From NCBI GenBank assembly GCA_964016885.1, contig OZ024743.1, forward strand, positions 72,478,001 through 72,542,000: a stretch of DNA of 64,000 nt, given 5' to 3'. Positions 37,487 to 53,940 of this stretch are shown here, piece by piece. Position 1 is the stretch's first letter; each line of letters starts with the position of its first letter. The notes beneath the pieces are model-generated. The model saw nothing but the letters and a program-made list of their open reading frames with translations, was not told where the DNA came from and made no database searches. A program made the translations under genes and the position numbers. This DNA is from Eledone cirrhosa. Lineage: Eukaryota.

Positions 37487-37544
37487 ATACTATAAACATT
37501 TCAATGACCGGGTTCAGTATGAAACCGGTGACATCATCAGGTAT
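37487..37544 (-). ncRNA. Type I hammerhead ribozyme
   Basis: atac-CTGATGA-tgtcaccgg tttcatactgaac ccggtcatt-GAAA-tgttta-TA-gtat. Confidence 0.65.
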
Positions 37545-37994
37545 TCGAAATTTAACAAAGGAATATAATAGACACAATCCATCGGGTTGAAAAGGCAGAG
37601 AGACGAGAAGGCGGCCAAACATTTAGCAGTTTCCAGTCCGGTTGACCGCATTAAAGTCAGGTGACTTGCATTGCGTCGAGTGCTCTCCCTATATTACATC
37701 CAGGTTGACTATATGGAATGACTAGTTCTATCCAGTGGTGAACCAAGAACCCTAAATGACTATATATATATAGGAAAAGCGTCAGGGCTCCGATGGCCGA
37801 GCTCCGGCCATTTCGCCAGCTAGACCCGAAACATTGTTGTTTTATGTATATATATAATGTTTAACATAGAAAAGGGTTCTAGAGAACTAGAACTCTTTCA
37901 TTCGAAGGAAATCATATACATATTTGAAATGTAGTCGTCACAACGTAAATTGTCATAATAATAGTTGATAATTCGTGACGGGAATATATGGAAA

Positions 37995-38070
37995 GAAGCG
38001 CATGTGAAATTTGAACCCCGCATTTCTTGTATGCCGGGCGAATGCGTTAACCATTCCGCTAAGGGGTACC
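37995..38070 (-). pseudogene. tRNA-like sequence (pseudo-tRNA or SINE head)
   Basis: Box A tagcggaatggttaacgc and box B ggggttcaaat; the acceptor stem does not pair. Confidence 0.5.
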
Positions 38071-39556
38071 TGACAAACCACTGCATTTTTCACGAATAGT
38101 GTTAGCCTATAGCTCCAATTGTAAAGATCCTGTTGACTTAAGTTACATAAACAGAAGCTACAATTTATGTTGAATTTTCGATTGAAAACATTTTACAACT
38201 AAGTTTATTGATTTGTTTATAGTTATTTACAAGTAGTTTCGGATTATAATAATATAATATTTATCATTATTAGCTTTGTATCTATGTCTTATTGAATTCC
38301 TCTCCAAACTAGTATATTTCTTAGTGATGTAATACAAAAGTGGTGTGTATGAATGTGCGTAAAACATGATATATTTAATATATTGTTGTTTCTTTATAAA
38401 ATTGTGTAAGTTAATTATAACAAACTTTAACGCACGTTCGCAGCTGCCTTAATAAAAGAACATTAGGACACCAGGTGCATTACTATTCACTGGAAGAAAT
38501 TATAAAATACATCAGACAATTTCCGGTGTGAGTACAGTTGGTGCTGGGTATATTGGTAATGTTGATTGTTGTAACTGTTTAGATGATGATGTTTATGAAA
38601 TATGCCCACGTATGAGTAAATCAATTGAATAAAATAATCCCAATGGAATTTTAAATAATAAGATGTAATTTTTTTCATCATTTTCGACAATTGCAGCGAG
38701 TAAACACAGAAATGCTAGAAGTGTTCGTTGTTAGAAATTATTTTAATTAATTTAGCAGTGGCCGAATATACATGAATGAATACGATACATTGGGGTGGGG
38801 GGTAATATATTGTTGTGATAACAACGATTCTTTATACGTTCCTGTCAGAAACTTGGGGAACTCGCTAATATAAAGAATGGGAAATATTGAGTGTGATGTT
38901 AAATACATCGGTTGGCGTTGTGGTGGCTCATATTGAAAGAGGGTGTGGAGGGAGAGTATGTATTGGTCGTTCTTTCGTGCAAGTCGTTTATAAAACTAAT
39001 ATCACATGAAATAAGACAGCTATATAGTTATCAAGTCGGTAATGTCACAAGAAATGGACAACCAAATACTTATTAATACACTGATATCACAAGTATTGGG
39101 ACAGCTGTATATTTATTAATTCATTAATAACACAAGTATTGAGACATCTATATAGATATCATTTCATTAATAACACAAGTATTGGGACATATATATATAA
39201 TTATCAATTTATTAATAACACAAGTATTGGGACAGCTATATATTTATCATTTGATTAATAACACAAGTAGTGGGACAGCTATATAATTATCATTTCATTA
39301 ATAACACAAATATTGGGACAGATATATAGTTAACAAGTCATTAATAACACGAAAAATGGGACAGTTACAAAGTTATCAAATCATTAATTTCACAAGCAAT
39401 GGGACAGATATATAGCTATCAAGTCATCAATTTCACAAGAAATGGGACAGCTATATAGTTATAACGTCATTAATTTCACAAGAAATGGGACAGTATATAG
39501 TTATCAAGTCTCTAATAACACGAATATTGGGACAGCTATATAGTTATAAAGTAATT

Positions 39557-39746
39557 AATTGTTTCTACTTTTGGCACAAGGCCAGCAATTACCCAGTACA
39601 TGACTGGTACTTTATTTTATCGACCCCGTAAGGATGAAAGGCAAAGTTAACCTCGGCGGGATTTGCACTCAGAATGGAAAGGGCCGTAACTCTATGCGTC
39701 AAAGCATGGCGTCCGACCCTCTACCGATACTGCCAATCCACCGCCC
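39557..39746 (-). mobile_element. SINE family A, full length, TSD-like flanks
   Basis: Flanked by ttataaagtaattaat / ttatagagtcattaat. Confidence 0.92.
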
Positions 39747-39931
39747 TTATAGAGTCATTAATGTCACAAAAAATGTGACAGCTATATAGTTATAAAGTCT
39801 CTAATAACACGAATATTGGGACAGCTATATAGTTATAACGTCATTAATTTCACAAAAAATGTGACAGCTATATAGTTATAAAGTCTCTAATAACACGAAT
39901 ATTGGGACAGCTATATAGTTATAAAGTAACT

Positions 39932-40123
39932 AATTGTTTCTACAATAGGCACAAGGCCAGCAATTATCCAAGTGTATTACTGGTTCTTTATTTTATCGAC
40001 CCCGGTTAGGATGAAAGGCAAAGTTAACCTCGACGGGATTTGAACTCAGAATGGCAAGGGCCGTAACACTATGCGTCAAAGCATGGCGTCCGACCCTATA
40101 CCGATACTGCCAAGTCATCGCCC
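39932..40123 (-). mobile_element. SINE family A, full length, TSD-like flanks
   Basis: Flanked by ttataaagtaactaat / ttataaagtaattaat. Confidence 0.92.
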
Positions 40124-41021
40124 TTATAAAGTAATTAATGTCACAAGAAATGGCACAGATATATAGTTATCAAGTCCCTAACATCACAAGAAAGCGGACA
40201 ACTAGTTATAAAGTCATTAATAACACAAATATTGGGACAGATATATAGTTATCAAGTCATTAATAACACAAACATTGGGACAGATATATAGTTATAAAGT
40301 CATTAATAACACACATATTAGGACAGATATATAGTTATCAAGTCACTAACATCACATAAAATAGGACAACTATATAGTTATCAATTCATTAATAACACAA
40401 ATATTGGGACAGCTATGTACTTATATAGTCACTAACATCACAAGAAACGGGACAGCTATGTAGTTATAAATTCATAACGATTGGGACAGCTATAAAGTTA
40501 ACTTTCAAAGTTGTGCAATTATTTTAAAACTTAAACTTTTTATAAGTACCTTTCTGTAGGATTGAAGTTTGAGGTTTAATATATATTTCTTTGGAAAATA
40601 TGTCGTATTTTATTGACACACGTGTTGGTGAATGTTGCAGTATTGACGTTTTTTATTTACGTTGATATTGTTCCTTTTGTTACTTCTACCTTGCTGATGT
40701 TGCTTTGAATATCAGCCGTCAAAGTTAGGAGTTGGTGCCCTCATCAGCTATGAGGAATTTCGCTGCACCTCTCCTGCTGTGAATATTACAATGCCTTCTT
40801 TTTAGCTCGACAAGAGGGTGGTTTTATATTGTATCTAAAATATATTCCCATAAAGACTGAAACCACAGGAAAGCTGATTGGGTATCCGTGACCGACCCTG
40901 GGGTGGTTTAACCACAAGTAATTATAAAAATTACAGCAAAAAGCATTTAGAAACAGGTAGACAATAAACTTACAGATCGATCTGTGGCTGGTTTTATGGA
41001 GACAGAACTATTAATATTCAT

Positions 41022-41350
41022 AATAATTATTTCTGATTTAGACACAAGGTCAACAATTTTAAGGGGGTGGAAAAGTCGATTAAATCGACCCCAGTGCGTT
41101 ACTGGTACTTTATCTTATCGACTGCGTAACGTGGAAAGGCAAATCTAAACTTGGCGGGATTTGAATTCAGAGCGTAAAGGACCGTAACCTATGCCAGAAA
41201 GCATGGTTTCTGGTGCTCCACTGATACTGACAATCCACTGACCAATAATAATAATAATTGTTTCTACTTTTGGCACAAGGCCAGCTATTACCCCAGTGTA
41301 TTACTGGTACTTTATTTTATCGACCCCGTAAGGATGAAAGGCAAAGTTAT
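41022..41350 (-). mobile_element. Two tandem SINE family A copies (long subtype plus partial)
   Basis: Core present twice; the first has an extra ggggtggaaaagtcgattaaatcgacccc segment. Confidence 0.85.
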
Positions 41351-42875
41351 AATAACAATAATGAGGATATTAATGGTTTCTTTATTAACCACAAAGGATG
41401 ACACAAAATATAACATTAAGAACAGCGCAGGACAATACACGACGGTACAAATGAGCATTTCTGCATGTAAAAAAACAAAAACAGAGGATGTAACAAAAAA
41501 GAAATAAGAAAAAATTCCCCAATAGGGGGGTAGACTTCCGAGGGTCACTCGTGGAGAAAGCCCATTAAAAAAGACACGGTGACCCTGACCACCAAGGCAA
41601 TTGCCCTCTCCCAGTTGTCCACCTCTAATTTACAGTCGCATACTCAAAGCAGGCCCATTCACTCGGGCCATGCTTGCCACTCTGACGTATCTTTCAACAA
41701 ATTGCTGGGAAGGGAGCACTTCCTTCTCCACCCTTTTGGGGGAAATTTGTAAACGTTAATCAGGGCATCAATGAAGAGGTAAATGCTTGTCTTCAGCCCT
41801 TTAAAACGCGTCCACAACACAACCTCTTTCGCCATGGCCACCAGGCAGATAAAAACTGCTTGCCCTGCCCGGCTAAAGGAAGGCGGCGGGGCAATCCTCA
41901 CAATGGACTCAGCAGTTAGCCGGATCCGTCCTACACGCGATAGTAGGTGTTCTACATGAAACCACAATTCAGCAAAGTTTGGACACTGGACGAGTGTGTG
42001 CAGGGCGGTTTCAGTGCCCTACGTGCATCTAGGACAGGTCCAGCTGACGGCATTTCCATACCTGTAGAGTTTATGCCGAACTGGCAAAGCTCCCCTGTAA
42101 CACTGCCAGGCCACGGATTTCTGGAGGTTTCCCATGGGCCCCGGCTCGAAAGTTCTCCCGAAGCGATTGGCTAGTTGATTTTCCTCGACGTCCACAGTCT
42201 CCCCGTGGACTTTGTTACTCTTTCCCCCCACTAAACCATTATAGAATGCCAAGGTGGAATTTCCACCGATCGCACCACCAGAGTGGTCGAAATCTGTTAG
42301 CGCATGAAGACATTCCAGCCTCCAAACGCTTCCTCTCGGTCTTCGCTTGACCCAGGACTGAAGCTCCGTCAAGGAGACGACCTGGGGAAAAACGCATCTA
42401 ACAAACGGCGACCACACCTGTTCACCGTCCTGAAAGAGATGGAGATGTAATAGCCTCAGCGTATGTCTGCACATCATCAGGCACGGCTTTCCCAGCCCTC
42501 GATGTAGTCGGTGTTGACAGCAGATAGACTGCCTGACCTTCAGAGTGTGTCCCTTCCACAAAAAGCGAAAGAGCAAACGCTCTAGCACAGTCAGGTTAAG
42601 CTTAAGACAAGGCACAATGATCAGGCCGTAGTAGATGACGATCGTGATGAACGCGTTCGCCACCTCCGCTTGACCTTTCAGGGATAGGTTCCTCTCGGCC
42701 CATTTCTGGGTGAGAGACGCCACCTTGCTTGTCACATCGTCCCAATTTTTTGTCTGTCTGGAGGTCCGGACCGAAGCAGACCCCTAGCAATTTAATCGGT
42801 CCGTCCGTCCAACACCCGACAACGTTGTTGGACGACATGGACCTGCCTCTTCAGGTACAGAGCGGCAGGCCCACC
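41350..42875 (-). mobile_element. Tx1-like LINE 3' fragment, 5'-truncated (copy 2)
   Basis: KWAERNLSLKG, RFLWKG, QKSVAWQCYRGALPVR..CPRC; 3' end aataaagaaacc. Confidence 0.9.
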
Positions 42876-44486
42876 AGCATTTCACAGACAATAATAATAG
42901 GAAAATTACCGAATAAAAATACAAAAAAACCCAAATCTGGATCCTGAATAAAATAGTGAAAATGAATTGAAGAAGCGAGTTAAAATAAATAGTCCCTGGG
43001 GAGGGTGATTTAACACTAACAAGGATTACAAACATCTTTTATGAACAGAAATACTGTTAGAAAACCTCTCCCCCTCGCCCCTATAAATATAAGATTACCT
43101 GGAGAATTTATATAAGGAGCAAAAATATGAAAGAAGCACTCTCATATTTTGATAGTGATGAAAATTCCACTATTCAGGTGTCGCGACAGAAATGACAGCA
43201 CAGGTGGGAGTGGGCATACTGACAAGCCCCCGGCTTTTAGAATGTGTTATGTACTGGAGCCCGTTAGGAGGGAGGATTTGCCTCTTGAAGCTTAGGCTGA
43301 AAGATAAGTCTCTGTGGGAGATTATATAGCAGGAAAATTATTACATAAAGCACTGAAAATAACTATTTAGCGGACATATGGCGTGTATTAGCGAACTCTT
43401 AAGCCGAGGAATGGCGGAAAAGAGGCATACATTTAAAATACGTGTGGAGGTATGTTAGTGTACTATTTAGAGGAGATAAGCCGGAAAAGAGGCATGGATA
43501 TAAAATACGTGTGGAGGTATGTTAGTACACACTTGACAAATAACTATTAAGGATAATGATATTCGATTGTTTAAATGTACAATAAAATACGAACTTATGC
43601 TTTAAGGCAGAAACGTTAACATTCATGAATTGCGTAAATAATGTAATTAAGATTACAATAACGATTGCTACAATTGCCACAGAATATAATGGCCCTAGCA
43701 GGAAAGGTATACTTGTAACATTATAAAGCTTATAGATAAGGTTTATGAATGGAAAATGTATTCGAAAATGCCTTGAGAAATCTGCTAAATTGCACATTAT
43801 ATAAACAAAAAATCGCTTAATAAAATACTTCATATGTTAAAGAATAATGAACAAACACATCCTATATTAGCGTAATAAATAATAACATATACACTGTTAT
43901 TCATACACGATCTGACACGAGTAATGTTAACTTCCTCATGTAAAATGGTTAACGAAGAATAAATATGAGAACGCCCACGAGTGCATAGTTCGACGTATGT
44001 TCTTTTTTCAACTGAAAGTGATAAAGAAGAGCAGTTGTCACATGTTGAAACCTCAACATAATTGATTTAATTGAAACCAAAGAAATATAGCATTAATTGG
44101 TGCCCACCGATACCTTTCCAAAACGTATGACCATATTTGACATATAATCTATCCCTACACAATGATGTAGGTATAAGAATATATATAAACACAGCATACA
44201 CATCAAAATAAGTGTATTCTTATGATATTCTGCTTTATCTAAATATAGTCGAACATTTTCTGTTACACATGGCATGAACTCGTCTGTGTCTAGTGAAGAT
44301 CTCAATATATTAAACCAAAACGGATGAGGTGAGAAGAAATATAAAACAAAGCAGGACTTTAAGCCCGAGATATGAGACCAATAACCAGGCTCCATAAACT
44401 AGGTTCCATATCTAAAGTTTAATGCGATCAAACTTCTCCATATACGATGGATTTAGAAAGCGAAACCCTCTGAAAATGTTATTTCA

Positions 44487-44670
44487 TAATAATTGTTTCT
44501 ACTTATGGCACAAGACCAGCAATTATTCCAGTGCATTACTGGTACTTTATTTTATCCACCTTGTAAGGATGAAAGGCAAAGTTAACCTTGGCGGGATTTG
44601 AAGTCATGCCATAAAGGGACGCAACTCTATGCTGGAAATCATGACGTCCTACCCTACCGATACTGCCCAA
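44487..44670 (-). mobile_element. SINE family A
   Basis: Family core and head. Confidence 0.85.
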
Positions 44671-46184
44671 CCGATGGCGACCAACATCATGCTTCAAGAG
44701 TCCACTAAAAGAACTACAAGATGACAACAATCAATATACACTACGTAGTAACATAGCATCACCTGATATATGAAGGACATTGCTAAACACATGTAATAGA
44801 ATGGGAACTCGATGAACAGGATTTATTTACTTCAGATCTTATTTCTGTTAACCTAATTCATGCTATTTCTATATACATTACCTAAGTTTATCGGATTTAG
44901 TTTCATATTTTATGTAAATTGTAGTGGCCAAATTTAATAACAAAATATCTTTCAGAACTTTCTATATAATAGAGAAATCTTCAGAGATTATATTTGACTA
45001 TTGTTATTTGTCACGAGAATTTACGATCTTAATCTAAATCGCGCTGAATTCATCTTTGTATTTCTGCCTTTCGATAAAATGAAATAGTAGTTCAGGGTTG
45101 TGTGTTGGCGTAAAGCCGCAAAACACACTAGATGTACAGAAGAAGAAAAGCAGAGAGAAACATATGCTCAAATATATTTCATTATATATAGAGATGCATT
45201 GTGAATTCTGAAGGATTTCTTTCTGTAAGAGGAATAGAATGACAAAAATTAAATACTTGAAACGAGAACAATATCACTGAAAGTGCATGAAGGAATACAC
45301 CTACGCAAATCAACGAATGCTTCAAAATAGAATGAACTAATACAAACATCATACAGAAGTGAATAAACTACGCTTCCTATAGAGTGTAGGATCTATGGAT
45401 TACCTTGAAAATAACGCAGAAAACTGATCATATATCAAAAGAACTTATCAAAACAACACAGGCAAAAATAAAACTATAAAACAGATGATATAAATGCCCG
45501 TGATGATAGTTATATCGTCACGGAAACAACCACTTAAATACGGAAACATAATTTGTTCTCCGAATCGGATTAAACATTAGAATCTGGAAACAAATAAATC
45601 AACTCATTTACTCAGTAGAATATAATAATTGTGTGTAATATGGGAGGAATTAGTTTTTACGCATTGTCGACAGATCCCTTCGTCGAAGAAAGTGTATCTT
45701 TCACACGAACCATATACAACTGGCGAAGAAACAAACTTATAAATGCTGTAATAAGAAACAACAGTGGCACAAAAAGTACTTGCACTCTCGACAACAGATG
45801 TGGCCGAGCATATAGTGAATGAATTCTAAAACTCAGCCTTTCAGTTATTGAAAGGTGTCTAGCCAGAAACATATGTACTTACTTCTGATTACAGAATCTA
45901 GATTTATGTTTAACAATTTTATTAGCTGTTATATTGCTTAGTGAAACGTAGTTTGATTAGTTGCCTTCCACACCTATCATTTTTCTATTATTTATTGTGT
46001 AGCAATAGCAGAGAAGTTTATTCTATCATAATTAAGTACATCTATAGCTAAGTACACCTCGTTATTCAGCACAAAATGGAGGAGGTGGAGCAAAATAGAA
46101 AATGAAACATCAATCAAAATTAGAATATATTTTTACGCTCTAACATAGCGGATGTGTAAATGTATTCATGAGATTTGTATCGAA

Positions 46185-46400
46185 TAATATTTGTTTCTAC
46201 TTTAGGCAGAAGACCAACAATTTGAACGGGAGGGAAAAGTCGATTAAATCTACCCCAGTGTATTACTGGTGCTTTATTTTATCGACCCCGTAAGGATGAA
46301 AGGCAAATCTAACCTCGTCGGGATTTAAGCTCATATAAAAGAAAGTAACTATATCCCGTAAAGCATATTATCCACACTCTACAGATACTGCCAATCAATC
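46185..46400 (-). mobile_element. SINE family A, long subtype
   Basis: Family core and head. Confidence 0.85.
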
Positions 46401-46404
46401 CTTA

Positions 46405-46593
46405 TATAGAATAATAATAATAATATTCGATTCATTTGCAAGCAAATGGACTCATTACGGTATGTTTTATAGATGACCATCGCCATCCATTCGTTCTGGC
46501 GGTGAACAGAACGATAGTGATGGCCATCTATAAAACATAGCAGGACGAGGCTCTTTTATTGCAAACGCATCAAATATTATTATTATTCGATAT
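46405..46593. repeat. Imperfect hairpin (~190 bp)
   Basis: tatgttttatagatgaccatcgc / gtgatggccatctataaaacata, with outer (AAT)/(ATT) arms. Confidence 0.75.
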
Positions 46594-48091
46594 AAAACTC
46601 ACGAATTATTAAGAAAATGCGGTAAAGGGAACAAGTCGGGAAAGTAAAATAAAGATTGATATAATTCATCCCATTCTGAGCTTGCTGAGGAAAAAAGAGG
46701 ATTCGTAATCTCGAGTGTACTTTTTCAAACCCAAAGAGGTAAACATATATGTGAAGCAAATACTGACAACATTTCCTGGAACATTAATAGAAAGTAGCAA
46801 TGAAGGTTATATCATTAACAGCATAAATGAAAATACTCTGAGAACATTAAAAAGCAAAATACATTGAATAATAATAACAGCGATTAGGTTTGAAAAGATA
46901 TTGAGAATGTAATAACATAACACACCATGCATGGTGTTTTTCCAATATCACTTTGGAAACCTTTGCGATTTCAATCTAGATATCAAGCAACAAGAATACA
47001 AGCAACATAGATAAACTCACTGACTTCTGTTTGAAATACTTATCCAGCTCACATCAAGCTGTAGCAACAACATTCAATGAATTAATGAAAATATAAGAAA
47101 CAACATCCGACTGTTTATCACGGAGGGAAGCAATATTACTTCCAACGGCGCAGTCCCTAGATACCCGATTCATTATATACTAATAAACCTGTGTACCAGC
47201 ATTATATAAAATCCAGACATTTTCTAACATCTATACCGCTGTTCCAAGGGCAATTTTGAATACAAAAAGGTAGGATCCGAAATGAATGTGTGAATGGATT
47301 ATACAACTACTTTCATATCTACTTGTTATTCCAAGCAGCAGACAATGAAGCTATCTCATCGTGGTATATGTAGTATAACGAAAAGCCTTCGCATAGCATG
47401 TCCTACATTTAGTTATTAAGGGTTCACATGAACCATGCCATATAGAAATAGGAAGCCTAAATGATAAGCCTACGTAATATTGGAATTATATAAAACGAAG
47501 TATAAAAGCGCATTGAAGATGAAATATTATTCCGCCCAACATTTCTCTGCCGATATATCCCTTGTATATGAATAATTAACAAATATACATCAGACAGATC
47601 CCTCTAGTCCTGCTTGCAATGTACAGAAGAAACCAGAACTTCAAATTAATAATTTGGATGTGAAATTATATAGCTTCATAAGATGAGGAGAAAACTGCTA
47701 TTTACTGGCTTCTCAATGCACCATAGTAAAATTGATAGATTTAGCATAGAAAGGAATGGATTTGATAAAGATAAAACTTCTAAGTGGATGTAAAGAATAT
47801 CAGAAACAATAAAATAATATTTAATTATTTATGTTGTAGCAATATAAGCAATAAAATATACAACATTTAGACGTTGACAAAACAATCTACAAATAATATA
47901 AGAAAAACAATACAAATTAAGATTTAATAAGAAAAGTGTAGAGGGACATATTTTGTTCATCCGATACTGTAGAAGTGTTTGGAGAGAATATGCGTTAGAA
48001 TTATAGGCAGCAATGGCACGAAAGCAATGGAAGAAAGACATACATAGAACGTTTAGTTTTACCCCCGCAAGATTTATAACTAGAATCAAAG

Positions 48092-48420
48092 AATGATTTC
48101 TGATTTAGGTACAAGGCCAACAATTTTGTGTGAAAAAGAAAGTCGATTAAATCGATCCAGTGCATTACTGGTACTTTATTTTATCGACCATTAAAAATCA
48201 CCAAAATAATGGATTCTGATTTAGTCACAAGACCAACAAGTTTGAGAAAGGGGTAAAGTCGACTAAATGGACCCTAGTGCGTTACAGGTACTTTATGTTA
48301 TCGACACCGTAAGGATGAAAGGCAACGTCGGTTGGATTTGAACTCAGAACCTAAAGGGCCTTAACTAAATACTGCAAAACATTTTTTCCGACGCTCTACC
48401 GATTCTGCCGATTCACCTCC
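48092..48420 (-). mobile_element. Two tandem SINE family A long-subtype copies
   Basis: The tail and actggtacttta core occur twice. Confidence 0.8.
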
Positions 48421-49413
48421 AATCTCAGAAGCCCTGCCGTCTCTAACTAAACGTTAGGCTCAGCCAAGGCTCAGAAATATAAAACACAATTCTCAAAATA
48501 ATAGGAAGACATTAGAGACAAAAACCTCTCATTATAATAACAAATAAATGAAATAGCTTGCATACTATTTGCTATCTAGTCCTAGGAAAACAGATTACTT
48601 CTATTGACATGTTAGATACGATTACTGATATCTCTCTAATAAGATGTAAACACTTTAAAATGCAAGCTAATAATGACTTGTATAAACACTCATCATTTCC
48701 GATATATGACAGTGACATATCTACGATAGTCGCGAAAATATCTGTCCAGACTGACAGAGCCAATTGTATAGATATGTAATCATCAATAGACATACAACGT
48801 AACCAATAGAGAAAGAAGAAAATTATTCCCATCTGTTTAATCAATACATAGCACTCTTTAACATAACATTGACAGGAAAGAGGTCGAAAATGCATCAGAG
48901 TGGAGAGGACTTGTAAAAGTATAAACAAAATATATAGATGATAGATATAATAATTACATATAAACATTAGTACATTAAATACTTTAGTATTTATTGGATG
49001 GGTAGACTTACTCTGTTTCTCACTGTAATGACATTAACCAAATACTTGTGTATCTTACCTGATTTGAATCTGAGGCATGTTTGCTGTGAGAGAACAAATC
49101 TTCCACTTCAAACTCAGAAGCCTTGTTGTATGTAACTCTACGTTACACAACCCCAAGCCTCGGGAATATAAAGCACACAAGTGTCAAATGAGCAAAGCAG
49201 TTACCTCACATATTCTATGCTCACTCAATTGAGTAAAGCATATTATTTAAAATCACAACTGCGTAGTAAAACGGCCTGTCAGACAAAATCGATTTTAACA
49301 GAATCTTTCTTGTCAAATTACCACACACACACACACACACACACATATATACATATATACACTCGTCACCCACACATAATATATATATAGATATATGTAT
49401 ATATACGTATATG

Positions 49414-49457
<44 letters not shown>

Positions 49458-50124
49458 ACTTTCAGAAACCGCATACAAATACAGGTAGACTCATATATTC
49501 ACATAGTCACACACAGACTCGCACAATACACACAAAAACACACGCACATACACACACACTCACATACACACGTATACCCATACATACACACTCACATACA
49601 CACGCACACTCATACACACACGTACACACATACACATGTATATATATATATATTTATTCACTTTCAGAAAACCGCATTCACACACATACACATAGAGAAC
49701 CACACACACATACATTCACATAGATACACATATACCAACACGACGCTTCCTACATTACCCCGAATAGATAAATAAGGAAATTGAATCATCAAGACGCCTA
49801 AAATCTGAGAGATAATGTATTAAATCTGTTACAGGAACAGTCAATAGATTCTATAGACTGGATTTCACTCTTTTGTTCCTTAAAGGTGATACACTGTTCA
49901 TGTGTTTCACTGTTCAACATCATTCGTCAATATCTGATGTAATATTATTTGTCTTTCAGCCATAGAATTTCTTTATTGGCCTCGTTTATTCATTGAATGA
50001 ATTTACTTCGGTTGATCTCGTTTAACAGTAGCTAAAGATATAAAAACAGTAATCAGCCAAAGTGTAGTGTACGATGGATATATTTGTGTGTACGTTTGAA
50101 TGTGGTTCTGTCTACAAGTGTATG

Positions 50125-50320
<196 letters not shown>

Positions 50321-50433
50321 GGAACAAATAATTATTTGCTGAGGCCGAGGGGACCATTAATCATGGGAGTACTCAATGCATGCTGAGAGGTTGTGTATAT
50401 AGATATATGAAAAAGCCTGGGAACGCCGCCATT

Positions 50434-50500
<67 letters not shown>

Positions 50501-50684
50501 CTATATACATACATATATATATATACGTATATATATATATATATATACATTTATCTGTATATATATACATTTGAGTGTGTGAGTGTATGAATGTGTGCGT
50601 GCGTGTTTAAACATGATATGAAATTAATAGGAGCAATGAGTGTGTAATATATTAATACAATATATTTTTTTATTGTTCTTTATG

Positions 50685-50734
50685 ATAGGCTGAATGTGTT
50701 GGAGTCCAGAATCCAACGAAATTGTAGTACCTGT
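50685..50734 (+). ncRNA. Degenerate hammerhead motif
   Basis: atagg-CTGAATG-t-gttgga gtccagaa tccaac-GAAA-ttgtag-TA-cctgt; the core lacks G8-A9. Confidence 0.45.
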
Positions 50735-51826
50735 TTATGTTGTCACTTGTAATTATATATATATATATATATATATATAATCAATATAGAAAGGCTTCTA
50801 CAGGATTTACTGTCGTTACTCCCTATTGAACCCGGGATAAACTTGTATATTTATATATATATATATATATTTATTCTCACACAGATATACGATGTACACC
50901 CGCTTGTGTGTGTATGTCACTATATCTTCACTTATGTGAGTGTGTGTTTTCTTAGAATTACAAAAAAGTTTCTGTAAAGCTATATTATGGCATCATCTGT
51001 TGCCACATTCAATATACAAGTCTTGAATGATACTTCCGTCACTTTCACAAGATTACCGATTAATTAATTCTCTTTACATGCTATTCAGTAGAATGTATCA
51101 CCCCTCACTTCCATTGATAGGATTTATATAAAAGAAACGCTGTAATAAAAAAAATCCACTTATTTTCGATCTGGTGTCGATGATGATCAATTACGTACAC
51201 AACAATAGATTCCTATTTTTCATCCAATTATTTATACAACAATAACTTCTCTTTTTTTTTTCGTTACAGTGTAGTTTACAAAGTAATGTATTTAGCATGC
51301 TCACTCGTGCGTGTTGATTCAAAGTTCCTTAAAAGCATTCATCACACAATGCTATTATAATAGAAACTTATAATGATATCATAGTATAGAGTGCAGTAAA
51401 TTATTACACTGGTCAGCAATTTGTTTGATTTTATTTTATTTTTTTTTGTCGGAGATAAAATTAGCTTATTTTTTTCTTTCTAAATACGCTTTGCAGGCTG
51501 ATTCTAAATCTAAATTTTTCCTTGCACGTCTTGGAAATTGTGTATTTTCTCTAATATCATAAATACCTTAATCATTAAGTAACATTTCATACAACATTTG
51601 GTTATTGCATGAATCGAAACAAACAGATTCCTGATTAATTTATACATTATTAATTTACATTCATTCGAATAACGTGAATTCAATTAGAATAATACATAAT
51701 TAAATGTATGCATTTTACGTTCTTTAAAATTCGTGTGAATTTAGCTTTCCTTAACATCGTTTGTCTGGGTTATCACGATCTAACATTAAGAAATAGTCAG
51801 TAATAATGTCTTCATTGGTGGTTGGG

Positions 51827-53905
<2,079 letters not shown>

Positions 53906-53908
53906 ATA

Positions 53909-53939
<31 letters not shown>

Positions 53940-53940
<1 letters not shown>

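Larger units (their letters stand above)
38995..40500. repeat. 43-bp minisatellite interrupted by two SINEs
   Basis: Consensus approximately acacaagtattgggacagctatatagttatcaagtcattaata; for example, units start at 39130 and 39173. Confidence 0.95.

Noticed and set aside
37995-38070. Functional tRNA gene
   Set aside because: A and B boxes are present, but the acceptor and T stems do not pair.
38995-40500. CRISPR-like array
   Set aside because: The 43-bp units are contiguous with no unique spacers, there are no cas genes, and the context is eukaryotic.
40735-40765. HHR-like GAAA..CTGATGAG on the minus strand
   Set aside because: The required stems I and III cannot be formed.
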